From Deinococcus radiodurans R1 = ATCC 13939 = DSM 20539 (lineage in GTDB: Bacteria; Deinococcota; Deinococci; Deinococcales; Deinococcaceae): 32,000 bases of DNA. Location: assembly GCF_000008565.1 (NCBI RefSeq), contig NC_001263.1:2413347-2445346 (forward strand), written 5' to 3'. A program made the position numbers and the translations under genes. A model generated the notes under the pieces. The model was not told the DNA's origin. It saw nothing but the letters and a program-made list of their open reading frames with translations, and searched no databases. Each line of letters opens with the position of its first letter. Within the stretch, counting starts at the first letter, position 1. Shown here piece by piece: positions 18,695 to 28,297 of the stretch.

Positions 18695-19747
18695 GTGCCG
18701 CCGTCCATCCTGCCGCGCTCTATCCTGCGAGAAGTCCTGAAAATGTACGGAGCGGGCCTCGCCCTGCTGCTCGCCTTGCAGTTTGCCGACACCCTGAGCA
18801 GCACCCTGGGCAAGGCCATCGCCTACCGGGCCACCGCTTCGGAAAGCGCGACCGCCTTTCTGGCGATTTTGCCCACCATCTTCAACAGAGCGCTGGTGCT
18901 GTCGGTGCCGTTCGCCATTTTGCTGGGGCTCTCGCGGCTTCAGCGCGACTCGGAACTCAAGGCCGCTTTCGCCGCCGGCATCAGGCCGCTCTCGCTTGTC
19001 TGGCCGCTGCTGCTGCCGTTTACGCTGGTCGGGGCACTCGCCTTCTGGAACGCGGGCACGGTGGTTCCGGCGGGGCTCGACCGCTGGGACAAGACGTGGT
19101 ACAGCATCTTCAACGTCCCCGAGAAAATCCCCACCCGTGACAACTACACCTACGCCCCGCCCGGCGCCCTGTACTACGCGGGCCGGGTCACGCAGGCGCC
19201 GCAGGGCCAGCCGGCGCCGCTCGCCGGGGTCATGGTGCAGCGCGGCGGCGTGGTCTACACCGCCAATTCGGGAAGCTGGAACACCGCCGCGCAGAGCTGG
19301 ACGCTCGACGCCCCCTGGGTGACCGCGCCGGGCGAGCGCCCCCGGCAGCAGGCCGGCCCGGTCACGCTGCCGCAGGGCGACACGCTGCGCCCCCCGCCCG
19401 CCGAGGCCAAAAAGGTCAGCAATGCCGCGCTCCGCACTGCCCTCGCGGGGGAAAGCCTGACCGAGCAGGAGCGGCGCGAGTACACCTACCAGCTCGCCTC
19501 GCGCTACGCCGATCCCTTTACGCCCATCGCCTTTGCGCTCGCTGCCGCCGTGCTGGGGCTGCTGATTCGCAATCAGGCCGCTGCGCTCGCCGCCGTCATC
19601 GTGTTTATCGCGGGCTTTTACGTGCTGTGGATCACCATGCCGCAGCTCGCGCGCGCCGGGGCGGTGGACCCTACGCTGGCCGCCTGGGTGCCGAGCCTGA
19701 TCTTTTTGCTGCTGGGGCTGGGCCTGGCGTGGCGGGTGAACCGATGA
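18695..19747 (+). CDS. LptF/LptG (YjgP/YjgQ) family permease
   Basis: ILREVLKMYGAGLALLLALQF...LSVPFAILLGLSRLQRDSELKAAFAAGI is the family's N-terminal signature. It has 6 predicted TM segments and a central periplasmic domain. Confidence 0.8.
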   Translation: MPPSILPRSILREVLKMYGAGLALLLALQFADTLSSTLGKAIAYRATASESATAFLAILPTIFNRALVLSVPFAILLGLSRLQRDSELKAAFAAGIRPLSLVWPLLLPFTLVGALAFWNAGTVVPAGLDRWDKTWYSIFNVPEKIPTRDNYTYAPPGALYYAGRVTQAPQGQPAPLAGVMVQRGGVVYTANSGSWNTAAQSWTLDAPWVTAPGERPRQQAGPVTLPQGDTLRPPPAEAKKVSNAALRTALAGESLTEQERREYTYQLASRYADPFTPIAFALAAAVLGLLIRNQAAALAAVIVFIAGFYVLWITMPQLARAGAVDPTLAAWVPSLIFLLLGLGLAWRVNR

Positions 19748-20991
19748 AACTGTTCGAGCGCTACGTGCTGAGCGAGATTCTGCCGCCGCTGGTGGGAGCG
19801 CTGGCGGCCGTCATTTTGCTGTTTTTGCTGGCAGGGCTTGAGGAAGTCATCGGGCCGCTGCTCGCCAAGGGCGCGAGTCCGTTGCTGGTGGCGCGGCTGC
19901 TGGCGCTGAGCGTGCCCGAAGCGCTCTCGCGGGCGCTGCCCATCGGGCTGATGTTCGCCACGCTGCTGGGGCTTTCGCGGCTGGCGGCGGATTCGGAAAT
20001 CAAGGGGGCACTTGCTGGGGGCGTACCCGTCACGCGGCTGCTGCGCCCGGTGCTGCTGCTGGCGCTGGGCATCACGGTGCTGTCGTTTCTGATCGGCGAG
20101 GGGCTGCGGCCCAAAGCCTATTCCGAGTCGCTGCGGGTGCAGCAGCAGATCGTGTTCGACAACCCCCGCGTGACCGGGCTGGGACAGGCGGGCGAAGGCG
20201 GGCAAACACTGGTGCTCACCGACGCCCTGAACCGCGCCATCAGCGTGGGCGAAGTGCGGCCCGGCGGCGAGCTGCGCGACCTGCGGATTGTGGCGATGCA
20301 GGCGGGCGAGGCCCCGCGTGAAGTCATTACCGCCGAGTCGGGCACCCTGGTGCCGGGCAGCAACGTGCTGGAGCTGCGGCGCGGTCAGCGGGTGACCTAC
20401 CAAAATGCCCGCCCCGTCACTGTGCTGTCGTTCGAGAACGGGCGCTTGCCGGTGCAGGACGTGCAGGCCAATTTCGCCAAGGACGAGCGCAGCTCCACCG
20501 CCCAGGCGGGGCTGGTCAATCTGCCGCTGCGTGAGCTGTGGGACCGCACCGAGGCGTTCCGGCAGCAGAAAGTCCCCGCCCCCGCCGAGTTCACCGCCTT
20601 TCACCGCAAGATCGCCGAGCCGCTCGCCGCCCTCGCGCTGGCCTTTTTTGCCGTCAGCCTCGCGGTGTATTCGTTCCGGGGCAGTCTGAACCTGGGCTTT
20701 ACCTGGGCGATTTTGCTCGCCTTCGCCTACTACGCCACCTGGAGCGTGTTCCGCATCATGGGCGAAAACGGCGGCCTGCCCCCGGTGGTCGCCGCCTATG
20801 CCCCCGACCTGATCGCGGTGGTGGCGGGGCTGGCGCTGCTGTGGCGCTCGGAACCGGCGCTGAAGCTGGCAAGAAAACGGATTACAGCTTCAGCGTCAGA
20901 TGGTGCAGCGCCCGCTCCTCACCATCCGGTCCCCGCACCGCGCCCGGCTGCACGCCCCAGGTCTGGAAGCCCCAGCGCTGGTAGAGCCTGA
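19744..20991 (+). CDS. LptF/LptG (YjgP/YjgQ) family permease, second paralogue; the 3' end is probably artefactually extended
   Basis: The ATG at 19744 overlaps the upstream TGA (ATGA). The N-terminus reads MKLFERYVLSEILPPLVGALAAVILLFLL...LPIGLMFATLLGLSRLAADSEIKGALAGGV. After the last TM the frame runs 110 nt into the convergent GNAT gene. See the finding at 20842-20991 for the likely true stop at 20863. Confidence 0.78.
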   Translation: MKLFERYVLSEILPPLVGALAAVILLFLLAGLEEVIGPLLAKGASPLLVARLLALSVPEALSRALPIGLMFATLLGLSRLAADSEIKGALAGGVPVTRLLRPVLLLALGITVLSFLIGEGLRPKAYSESLRVQQQIVFDNPRVTGLGQAGEGGQTLVLTDALNRAISVGEVRPGGELRDLRIVAMQAGEAPREVITAESGTLVPGSNVLELRRGQRVTYQNARPVTVLSFENGRLPVQDVQANFAKDERSSTAQAGLVNLPLRELWDRTEAFRQQKVPAPAEFTAFHRKIAEPLAALALAFFAVSLAVYSFRGSLNLGFTWAILLAFAYYATWSVFRIMGENGGLPPVVAAYAPDLIAVVAGLALLWRSEPALKLARKRITASASDGAAPAPHHPVPAPRPAARPRSGSPSAGRA

Positions 20992-21403
20992 GCGCCGCGT
21001 GCTGGGTGTCGGTGACCGACAGTTCGACCTGGGTGACGCCCTCCCAGCGGCGGGCCTGCTCAAGTGCAGAGCGCAGCAGCGCGTCGCCGCAGCCCTGGCC
21101 CCGGAACTCGGGCAACACGCCGACCCCGACGATTTCGGCCCGGTGCGCGGTGGCCGCCCGGCTCTCGCGCAGCAGGGTGAGCATGCCGACGAGCTCGCCC
21201 GCCACGCTGACCCCGTAGGTCACGTGCGTGGCGGACGGTTGCAGTCGTCCGGCCACGTCCGCGAGGGGCCGACCCGCCCACTCCTCGGCGGTGGTGACGT
21301 AGGCGAGCGGGTCGGAGCGCAGCAGCGCCAGCCGCAGCGCGAAGTACGGCGACCCGTCGGCGGGCTGCAACACCCGGACGAGCGGCACTTGCGGCCCGGT
21401 CAC
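20882..21403 (-). CDS. GNAT family N-acetyltransferase
   Basis: [27 protein letters not shown]...LYQRWGF is the acetyl-CoA binding motif A (Q/RxxGxG/A). The GTG start overlaps the stop of the upstream hydrolase gene by 4 nt. Confidence 0.8.
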   Translation of the reverse strand: MTGPQVPLVRVLQPADGSPYFALRLALLRSDPLAYVTTAEEWAGRPLADVAGRLQPSATHVTYGVSVAGELVGMLTLLRESRAATAHRAEIVGVGVLPEFRGQGCGDALLRSALEQARRWEGVTQVELSVTDTQHAALRLYQRWGFQTWGVQPGAVRGPDGEERALHHLTLKL

Positions 21404-22281
21404 GGCTGCACCCGCCGCTGCGCCGTGTCCCGGTCACGCCAGTTCAGGACGTGACCCGCCTCGCGCACCCGGCGGGTCCGGGCAAAATCGAGGTCGTGAA
21501 TGAGCCAGCCGGGGGCGTTCCACTCGCCCTGCGCCACCATGCCGTCTTCGGGCAAGTCGCCGTCGGCAGGGGCGTAGAGGCCGGCCCGCCCCACCGCGTC
21601 CTCGATGGCCGAAGTCCACGGCGCGTCGGCGAGCAGCGGCGCGTGCAGCGCATAGCACTGGTTTTCCAGGGCGCGGGCCATGCTGCCCACCCGGACCCGC
21701 GTGAACCCGGCCCGCGAGGCGGTGAAGCTCGGCACCACCAGCAGCTCGGCCCCGAGTTCGGCCTGGGCCCGCGCCAGATGCGGAAATTCCGAGTCGTAGC
21801 AGATGGCGACGCCGAACTGAACGCCGCCCGCCCCAAAGACCCGCACGCCCGCGCCGGGGTCTATGCCCCACTCCTCGGCCTCAAAGCGGGTCATCAGCAG
21901 CTTGTCCTGATGGCCCAGCGGTCCCTGCGGCCCGAAGACGTGGGCGCGGTTGACATACCCGGCGCCGTGCGCGACCGGAAAGCTTCCGGCAACGAGGGTC
22001 ACGCCGTGTTCCCGCGCCAGCCGCTCGTGCAGCGCCAGCACCTCCGGCAACAGCGGTTGCAGGGCGGGAAGCAGCCCCCTGAGGTCGTGGTGCAGCCCGG
22101 CAGGCAGCAGGCTGATGAGTTCGAGCGGCGCGTACTCGGGAAACACCAGCAGCTGCGCCCGCTGCCGGGCGGCTTCCTCGACCCAGCGGCCCAGCTCCGC
22201 CGCGTAGTCCTGCCAGGACGACAGAAAGCGGACCGGGTAGGCGGCAGCCGCCACACGCAAGACAGACATGCGGCTCAGCAT
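21400..22281 (-). CDS. Carbon-nitrogen hydrolase (nitrilase superfamily) protein
   Basis: Glu-Lys-Cys triad context is present: [29 protein letters not shown]. An alternative start is the ATG at 22269. Confidence 0.8.
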   Translation of the reverse strand: MLSRMSVLRVAAAAYPVRFLSSWQDYAAELGRWVEEAARQRAQLLVFPEYAPLELISLLPAGLHHDLRGLLPALQPLLPEVLALHERLAREHGVTLVAGSFPVAHGAGYVNRAHVFGPQGPLGHQDKLLMTRFEAEEWGIDPGAGVRVFGAGGVQFGVAICYDSEFPHLARAQAELGAELLVVPSFTASRAGFTRVRVGSMARALENQCYALHAPLLADAPWTSAIEDAVGRAGLYAPADGDLPEDGMVAQGEWNAPGWLIHDLDFARTRRVREAGHVLNWRDRDTAQRRVQP

Positions 22282-22370
22282 ACGTGAGTGCCGGGCGCCC
22301 CTGCGGGAGGCTCACAATCACCCTTTGGACACGGCGCCCGTGCCCATTGCCGCCGTAAAATAACGGCATT

Positions 22371-23069
22371 GTGACTGCGCCCGACTCCTCTTCTGCTCCC
22401 GCGCCGCTCGCGTTTGGCGGCAAGCCCCGCGTCTACCCCATGCGGCTGTACGGCGACCCGATTCTGCGCCGCAAGGCTCGGAACCTCACCGCTGCGGACA
22501 CCCTGCACGTGCCGGGCTTCGAGCCCCAGACGGTACGTGAGGTGGCCGACACCATGCTCGAAACCATGTTCGAGGAACGTGGGGTAGGCCTCGCCGCGCC
22601 GCAAATCGGGCTGCCGGTCCGGATGTTCGTGGCGGTCGAGTACGCCGACGACGAGGAAGAAAACGAAGGCCAGGAAACGCCGCTGCGCTCCCGGGTGCTG
22701 CGCGAGTACGTGATGCTCAACCCGGTGGTCAAGGTCATCAACAAGAAAAAGGACAAGTCCTACCAGGAAGGCTGCCTGAGCATTCCCGGCATCTACGAAG
22801 ACGGCGTGCCTCGCGCCCGGCAGGTCCGGGTGGACTACACCGACCTCGACGGTCAGCCGCGCAGCATCGAGGCCGAGGATTACCTCGCCCGCGTGTTTCA
22901 GCACGAGACCGACCACCTCGACGGCAAACTGTTTCTCGACCACCTGCCCGCCGACATCACCGAGGACCACCGCAAGGATTTGCTGCGAATTCAGCAGGCG
23001 TCCAAGAATTTCCTCGCCCAGCTCTCGGAGTGGGACAAGGCGCAGCGGCACCTGAAGGAGAACCTTTGA
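22371..23069 (+). CDS. def: Peptide deformylase
   Basis: All three conserved motifs are present: GVGLAAPQIG, EGCLSIPG, QHETDHLDG. The GTG at 22371 gives a 23-aa N-terminal extension. An alternative start is the ATG at 22440 (MRLYGDPILR). Confidence 0.92.
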   Translation: MTAPDSSSAPAPLAFGGKPRVYPMRLYGDPILRRKARNLTAADTLHVPGFEPQTVREVADTMLETMFEERGVGLAAPQIGLPVRMFVAVEYADDEEENEGQETPLRSRVLREYVMLNPVVKVINKKKDKSYQEGCLSIPGIYEDGVPRARQVRVDYTDLDGQPRSIEAEDYLARVFQHETDHLDGKLFLDHLPADITEDHRKDLLRIQQASKNFLAQLSEWDKAQRHLKENL

Positions 23070-24022
23070 GCGCCGCGGCGGGGCCGAAAGTCGCCTTTTT
23101 CGCCTCGCCCGCCTTTGCGCTGCCGGTGCTGGAAGCCCTTCGTGCTGAGTTCGAGGTGGTGCTCGTCGTCGCGCAGCCCGACAAGCCGGTGGGCCGGGGC
23201 CTGAAGCTGACGCCGCCTCCGGTGGCCGCCCGCGCCGCTGAACTCGGGTTGCCGCTCGCGCAGCCGCACAAGCTGCGGGGCAATGCCGACTTCGCCGCGC
23301 AGCTCCGTGATTCGGGCGCCGACGTGGCCGTCACCTGCGCCTACGGCAAGATTTTGCCCGCTGGCGTGCTGGAGATTCCGCGCTTCGGCTTTCTCAACAC
23401 CCACACCAGCCTGCTGCCGCGCTACCGGGGCGCCGCGCCGATTCAGTGGGCGCTGATTCGCGGCGAAACGGTCACCGGCACCACCATCATGCAGACCGAC
23501 GAGGGCATGGACACCGGGCCGGTGCTGCTGCAAGAAGAATTGCCGATTCGCCCGGAGTGGACCAGCGTGGAACTGTCCGCCGCGCTGAGTGAGCAGGCCG
23601 CCGCGCTCATCGTGCGGGCGCTCCGGACGCTGGAGACGCTCACGCCGCAGCCCCAGGACGAAGCGCAGGCCACCCACGCGCCGCTGCTCGTCAAGGAAGA
23701 CGGATTCGTGCGCTGGGCCGACCCCGCTCAGGCGGTGCTCGACCGTTTCCGGGGCGTGGCCGCATGGCCGCAGACCACCGCCTTTTTTGGCGGCAAGCGG
23801 CTCAAACTCGCTGGGCTGACGCTGGGGCAGGGCAAGGGCCAGCCCGGTAAGGTCTTGCAGGTGGGCGCGGGTGGGCTGACCGTCGCTTGCGGCGAAGGCG
23901 CCGTGTGCATCGCCACCGTGCAGCCCGAGGCCAAGAAGGCCCAACCGGCGCAGGTGTGGGCGCAGGGCCAGAACGTAGAACAGGGAGCGCGCTTCGACCT
24001 CTGGGAACCGCCGCAAGGCTGA
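23066..24022 (+). CDS. fmt: Methionyl-tRNA formyltransferase
   Basis: Motifs are VAFFASPAFALPVLEAL...VVAQPDKPVGRG...NTHTSLLPRYRGAAPIQWALI. The TTG at 23066 overlaps the def stop (TTGA). An alternative upstream start is the GTG at 23030. Confidence 0.9.
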   Translation: MSAAAGPKVAFFASPAFALPVLEALRAEFEVVLVVAQPDKPVGRGLKLTPPPVAARAAELGLPLAQPHKLRGNADFAAQLRDSGADVAVTCAYGKILPAGVLEIPRFGFLNTHTSLLPRYRGAAPIQWALIRGETVTGTTIMQTDEGMDTGPVLLQEELPIRPEWTSVELSAALSEQAAALIVRALRTLETLTPQPQDEAQATHAPLLVKEDGFVRWADPAQAVLDRFRGVAAWPQTTAFFGGKRLKLAGLTLGQGKGQPGKVLQVGAGGLTVACGEGAVCIATVQPEAKKAQPAQVWAQGQNVEQGARFDLWEPPQG

Positions 24023-24038
24023 CCCCGTACCGGAGGAC

Positions 24039-24657
24039 GTGCCTCCCTTTCAGTTTCCCCTGACGCTGGAATTCAAATTCAGCCTGTTCACCGAGCTGCA
24101 AGTCCACGACGCTGTGGGCCAGCAGCTCGCCTACGTGCGCGAAAAGACCTTCAGCGTGCGCGACGAGGTGAAGGTCTACACCGACGCCTCGCGCCAGCAG
24201 CAGACCCACAGCCATGAAGGCCGAGGGCTTTCTGGCCGGGGCGCTGGACTGGCGGGCCAAACGCCTCATTCGCCGCAGCGACGGCACCGTGCTCGGGGCG
24301 CTTCAGGCGCAAGGGATGCGGACGCTGTGGGCCGCCGGGTACGAACTGCTCGGCCCGGACGATAGCGTGCGTTTTACCATTCGCAACGACCAGCCCTGGA
24401 TGAGCGTCGTGGAGGGAGCGATTGACGCCGTACCCCTCATCGGCGACTTCGTGGCGATGGGCTTCGACTATTTCGTCAACCCCACCTACACGGTGAGCGA
24501 CCCGGGCGGGCAGCCCACCTACCGCGTCCACAAGAAGCGCAGTTTCTTCTCGCGCCGCTTCGTCATAGAAGAACTGCGCCCCGGCCCGGCGGAAAACGAC
24601 GAACTGGTGCTGCTCGGCCTGATTCAACTGGTGCTGCGCGAGCGCGAACGGGGCTGA
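24039..24657 (+). CDS. Scramblase / LURP-one-related (tubby C-terminal-like) family protein, apparently split by a 1-nt frameshift
   Basis: ORF 24039 reads FPLTLEFKFSLFTELQVHDAVGQQLAYVREKTFSVRDEVKVYTDASRQQQTHS and then turns into Arg/Gly-rich nonsense. ORF 24214 reads MKAEGFLAGALDWRAKRLIRRSDGTVLGAL...FTIRNDQPWM...YRVHKKRSFFSRRFVIEEL. The repeated beta-hairpin pattern continues across the junction at about 24213. The family call is from pattern memory only. Confidence 0.45.
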
Positions 24658-24675
24658 TTGCCGGCCTGAGTGACC

Positions 24676-25512
24676 TCAACGCTGAGACAGCAGCACCGCC
24701 CCCACCAGCGCAAAGCCCACGCCCACCCACTGCGCCGCCCGCAGCCGCTCGCGCAGGACGGCCACCGCCATCAGGGTGGTAAAGGCCGGGTAGAGGCTGG
24801 AAAACAGCGCCCCGAGCGCCAGCCCGCCGCCCTGCACGGCAATCAGGTAAAAGAGGCTGCCGAGCATGTCGCCGGGAAACGCCGCCAGAATCAACGCAGG
24901 TGCGCGGGGCCGCAGTCCCACGGTGCTCGCCGCAATCATCAGGCTGAGCAGGGCGCTCGTGGCCCGCGCCGCAGCGAGCACCCACAGCACCCCCGGCGAC
25001 TGCGCCTGCCCGAGCAGCAGGAAGAACATGCCAAAGCCCAGGCCCGCCAGCAGCCCGAGGCCCACGCCGCTGTTGCCCTCTTTGCCCGCGCCGCCGGGGC
25101 GAAAGCTGAGCAGCGCCGTGCCCAGCAGCACGCCCAGCGCCCCCAGGCTGCCGAGGCGGCCCAGCGACTCGCCGGCCAGCAGCCCCGCACCCACCGGCAC
25201 CACTGCCGAGAGCGCCCCGGCCCCCACCGACACCGCGCCCATCGGCCCCAACGCCAGCGCCCGGTAAAAGGCGACCACCGCGCCCATGCCGAGGAGTCCT
25301 GCCCCCGCGCCCCACAGCAGGGCGGTCTGCCCCGGCATGGGCTGCCCCAGCCCAACGGCGAGCAGCACCAGGGCCACCGCACTCAGGGTGTGCGAGAGGG
25401 CCACCACCCGCAGCGGCGAATCGTGGCGGCTCGCCAGCCCAGCCAGAAAATCGCTCACCCCGTAGGTGAGCGCCGAGAACAGACCACTAAACACTGGATT
25501 CATTGCCCACAC
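24676..25512 (-). CDS. EamA/DMT-superfamily transporter
   Basis: The 278-aa ORF has ten hydrophobic segments and two EamA-like halves, with N-terminus FSALTYGVSDFLAGLASR. An alternative start is the ATG at 25503. Confidence 0.75.
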   Translation of the reverse strand: MWAMNPVFSGLFSALTYGVSDFLAGLASRHDSPLRVVALSHTLSAVALVLLAVGLGQPMPGQTALLWGAGAGLLGMGAVVAFYRALALGPMGAVSVGAGALSAVVPVGAGLLAGESLGRLGSLGALGVLLGTALLSFRPGGAGKEGNSGVGLGLLAGLGFGMFFLLLGQAQSPGVLWVLAAARATSALLSLMIAASTVGLRPRAPALILAAFPGDMLGSLFYLIAVQGGGLALGALFSSLYPAFTTLMAVAVLRERLRAAQWVGVGFALVGAVLLSQR

Positions 25513-25557
25513 TCCAACATTGCCCCGCCAGTGTAGGCCTCTGCGGACCGGGCGCGG

Positions 25558-26337
25558 CTATCCTTTAGCCGGTTTCTCGCCTTTGACCGGTTTCTCGCTG
25601 AAGCTCGGCACCTTGTCGCCGTAAAGGGCGTAGGCGTCGCAGCGCTCGCGCAGGATGCACTTGCCGCATTTGGGCCGCGTCCAGGTGCAGACCTGCCGAC
25701 CGTGAGACAGAAAATTGATGTGCAGCTCGTACAGATACGGCGGGTCGGGCGGCAGCAGGGCCAGCAGCGCCCGGTGCGCCGCCTGCTCGCCCATGCGTGG
25801 GATGACTCCGACGCGGGTGCTCACGCGGTGAACGTGAGTGTCGACCGGAAACACCGGGCGGGCGTAGTTGAACAGCAGCACCAGCGAAGCTGTCTTGACC
25901 CCCACACCCGGCAGGTCGGTCAGCCATTTCAGGGCGTCTTTGACGGGCAGGTCGCGCAGAAAATCGAGGTCATAGCCACCCGGCGCGGCCTTGATGCGGC
26001 GCAGCGTTTCTTGAATGCGCGGGGCCTTGCTCTCAGGGTAATTGCTGCGGCGAATGGCGTGGGCGACGGCGTCGGTGGGCGCCAGGGTAATCGCGTCCCA
26101 GTCGCCCAGCGTCCGCAATTCCTGGTAGGCGGCTTCCTCGTCGGCGTGGGTGGTGCGCTGCGAGAGGATGGTCGAAATCAGCTCGTGCATCGGGTCGCGC
26201 CGGGGGGTGGGGTCCTGGTCGCCGTACTCTTCGTGCAGCCGCTCCTTGACCCAGGCCAGCAGTGCCGCCCGCTCCTCAGCGGGGCGGGCGGCATTGAGCG
26301 GTGCCCCCTTTCCCGACACGTCGCCGAAGAGGGTCAC
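25558..26337 (-). CDS. nth: Endonuclease III family DNA glycosylase/AP lyase (HhH-GPD with a 4Fe-4S cluster loop)
   Basis: The HhH motif with catalytic Lys is LTDLPGVGVKTASLVLLF. The Asp context is VFPVDTHVHRV. The cluster motif CTWTRPKCGKCILRERC has C-x6-C-x2-C-x5-C spacing. Confidence 0.88.
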   Translation of the reverse strand: MTLFGDVSGKGAPLNAARPAEERAALLAWVKERLHEEYGDQDPTPRRDPMHELISTILSQRTTHADEEAAYQELRTLGDWDAITLAPTDAVAHAIRRSNYPESKAPRIQETLRRIKAAPGGYDLDFLRDLPVKDALKWLTDLPGVGVKTASLVLLFNYARPVFPVDTHVHRVSTRVGVIPRMGEQAAHRALLALLPPDPPYLYELHINFLSHGRQVCTWTRPKCGKCILRERCDAYALYGDKVPSFSEKPVKGEKPAKG

Positions 26338-26513
26338 GACGACTGCTGGGCGCCGTCTTCGGCTTCCTCGCGTCCACCTTCCGCCGGCTGGTCCTTGGCG
26401 GCGGGGTCAATGTTCGGGTCCTTGCCCCGGTCCTGCGCTGGAATGGCGTGGCTTTGCCCTTCGGCGGGGGACTGGTTGGCGGGGTCGTAGCCCTTCTTCT
26501 GGTCGTCGCTCAT
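26334..26513 (-). CDS. Small (59 aa) highly hydrophilic, probably disordered protein, translationally coupled to nth
   Basis: Not in the supplied ORF track, presumably because it is too short. My hand translation is MSDDQKKGYDPANQSPAEGQSHAIPAQDRGKDPNIDPAAKDQPAEGGREEAEDGAQQSS*. Third codon positions are strongly G/C-biased, as in the neighbouring genes. The TGA overlaps the nth GTG (GTGA). GGAGGAG lies upstream of the ATG, though the spacing of about 16 nt is long. Confidence 0.4.
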   Translation of the reverse strand: MSDDQKKGYDPANQSPAEGQSHAIPAQDRGKDPNIDPAAKDQPAEGGREEAEDGAQQSS

Positions 26514-26596
26514 GGCCCCAGGGTGCGCTCCTCCGGCAGTCGGCAGACAAGGACTAGATAAACGCGGCTTAGGGGTTGCAGGCCAGAGAGAACGGC

Positions 26597-27169
26597 TCAG
26601 TCGCCGTCTTCACTCAGGCCCAGACCGTCTTCGGCGCTGTCCACGTCGTTCAACGACCCGGCGGGGCGGGCAAAGCGCAAGTAGTCGAGCCAGGGCGGCG
26701 TGTGCCCGAGCTGCCGGATCAGGAGCGCTGCCTGTGCGGTGTGGCGGACCTCGTGGGTCATCACATGCCACAGCAACTGGTCCAGGGTCACGGTCACGCT
26801 CGCCGGGTCGTCCTGCACGAGTTTGACCGGGCGTTCGAGATCCGGGTCACTGTCGAGAAACGCCTGGGTCGCCTGGGTCACGGCCTGGCTGTAGGACAGA
26901 ATCCAGCCGAGGTCATATCGCTCGGCGTGCGGCTCCACCCAGTCGTACTGCCAGTCGCCCCGTTGCCGCACGCTCTGGCCCAGGGCGATGAGGTGAATCC
27001 AATGTTCCTCGACATCGGTGACGTGCAGCAGCAGGTCTTTGACGTTGTGAAAGCGTTCGCCGTTTTCGATGAGGTCGCGGTTGAGGTCGTCGTCCGGAAG
27101 CGCCCGCACAAATTGCCACAACTGCTCACGGGCGGCGGCAAGGTAGCGGTAGTACTCGCGGGCGTTCAT
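26597..27169 (-). CDS. DinB/YfiT-like (DinB_2) four-helix-bundle metalloprotein
   Basis: [21 protein letters not shown]...[13 protein letters not shown]...[14 protein letters not shown] shows the His-rich DinB-family pattern. The start is set at the ATG at 27169. Confidence 0.75.
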   Translation of the reverse strand: MNAREYYRYLAAAREQLWQFVRALPDDDLNRDLIENGERFHNVKDLLLHVTDVEEHWIHLIALGQSVRQRGDWQYDWVEPHAERYDLGWILSYSQAVTQATQAFLDSDPDLERPVKLVQDDPASVTVTLDQLLWHVMTHEVRHTAQAALLIRQLGHTPPWLDYLRFARPAGSLNDVDSAEDGLGLSEDGD

Positions 27170-27277
27170 GACTGTCCCGAGAATACCCCCAGAGACCCCC
27201 ACAGGAATTTATGTTCTCCTCGGACACTATTAGGGAACGCCCCACCTGTCTACGCTGAGGCTGACTCGCCTATTAGC

Positions 27278-28297
27278 TCAACTGCGCAGCGATTCGGCCA
27301 GCAAGGGCACGAGTGCCGCCCGCACGTCGTCCAGAGTCTCCACCTGATGCAGCGCCGGGTGCAGGTCGGGCTGGTCGGGCAGGTACTTGGGCAGCACCTT
27401 GCGCAGCGGGCGCATGCTCGCCACGTGCAGCCGCGAAGGGTCACGGCGGTGCGGCGTGGTGTAGAAGTCGTGCTGCAACTCCGCGTGCCGCAGCGCGGTG
27501 CGGGCGCGTTCCTGGGCGGGGGGCAGCGTCTCCTCGCCGCTGGCGATGGCCCGGAACATCCAGGGGTTGCCGACGGCGCCGCGTCCGATCATCACGGCGG
27601 CCACTCCGCTCTGCTGCATCCGCTCGCGGGCCTGCACCGGGCTCAGCACGTCGCCGCTGCCGATCACCGGAATCCGCACGGCCTGCGCCACCCGCCCAAT
27701 CGCGTCCCAGTCGGCGTTGCCGGTGTAACGCTGGGCACTGGTGCGGCCATGCACCGTCACGACGGCGGCGCCCGCCGCTTCGAGTCCCTGCGCGATTTCC
27801 ACGCTGCGGTTCTCGTCCCAGCCGAGGCGAATTTTGGCGCTCACGTCGAGCCCGGTGGCCTGCCGCATCGCCCGCACGAGTTCGTAGGCGACTTCGGGGG
27901 TCTGCAAGAGGCACGCCCCGCCCTTGCCGCGCACCTTGGGCACCGGGCAGCCGAGGTTGAGGTCGATAGCGGCGGGCGCAAACCACGCTTCGGCCTTGCC
28001 CACCGCGTCGGCAAGCACGTCGGGGTCGGCGCCGAAGAGCTGCACCGCCCGGCCCTGCTCGCCGGGGTAGGGGCGGCCCAGACTGAGCGACTCCTGCTCG
28101 CTGCCCAGCACCAGCCCACGGGCGCTGATCATTTCGCTCACCGTCCACAGCGCCCCCTGCTCGGCGGCGAGCTGGCGCATCGGCGCGTCGCTGTAGCCGG
28201 CCATCGGGGCCAGCACCGCACCGGGGCGGCTTAGACGCTCAGCGTAGAACCCGCCGGTAGCCGGAGCAGCGGAGGACGAAGCGGCGTAGGCAGTCAT
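27278..28297 (-). CDS. dus: tRNA-dihydrouridine synthase
   Basis: Motifs are [15 protein letters not shown]...[13 protein letters not shown] (catalytic Cys)...VTVHGRT...IPVIGSGDV. The start is set at the ATG at 28297 (MTAYAASS). The ORF is open up to 28498. Confidence 0.88.
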   Translation of the reverse strand: MTAYAASSSAAPATGGFYAERLSRPGAVLAPMAGYSDAPMRQLAAEQGALWTVSEMISARGLVLGSEQESLSLGRPYPGEQGRAVQLFGADPDVLADAVGKAEAWFAPAAIDLNLGCPVPKVRGKGGACLLQTPEVAYELVRAMRQATGLDVSAKIRLGWDENRSVEIAQGLEAAGAAVVTVHGRTSAQRYTGNADWDAIGRVAQAVRIPVIGSGDVLSPVQARERMQQSGVAAVMIGRGAVGNPWMFRAIASGEETLPPAQERARTALRHAELQHDFYTTPHRRDPSRLHVASMRPLRKVLPKYLPDQPDLHPALHQVETLDDVRAALVPLLAESLRS

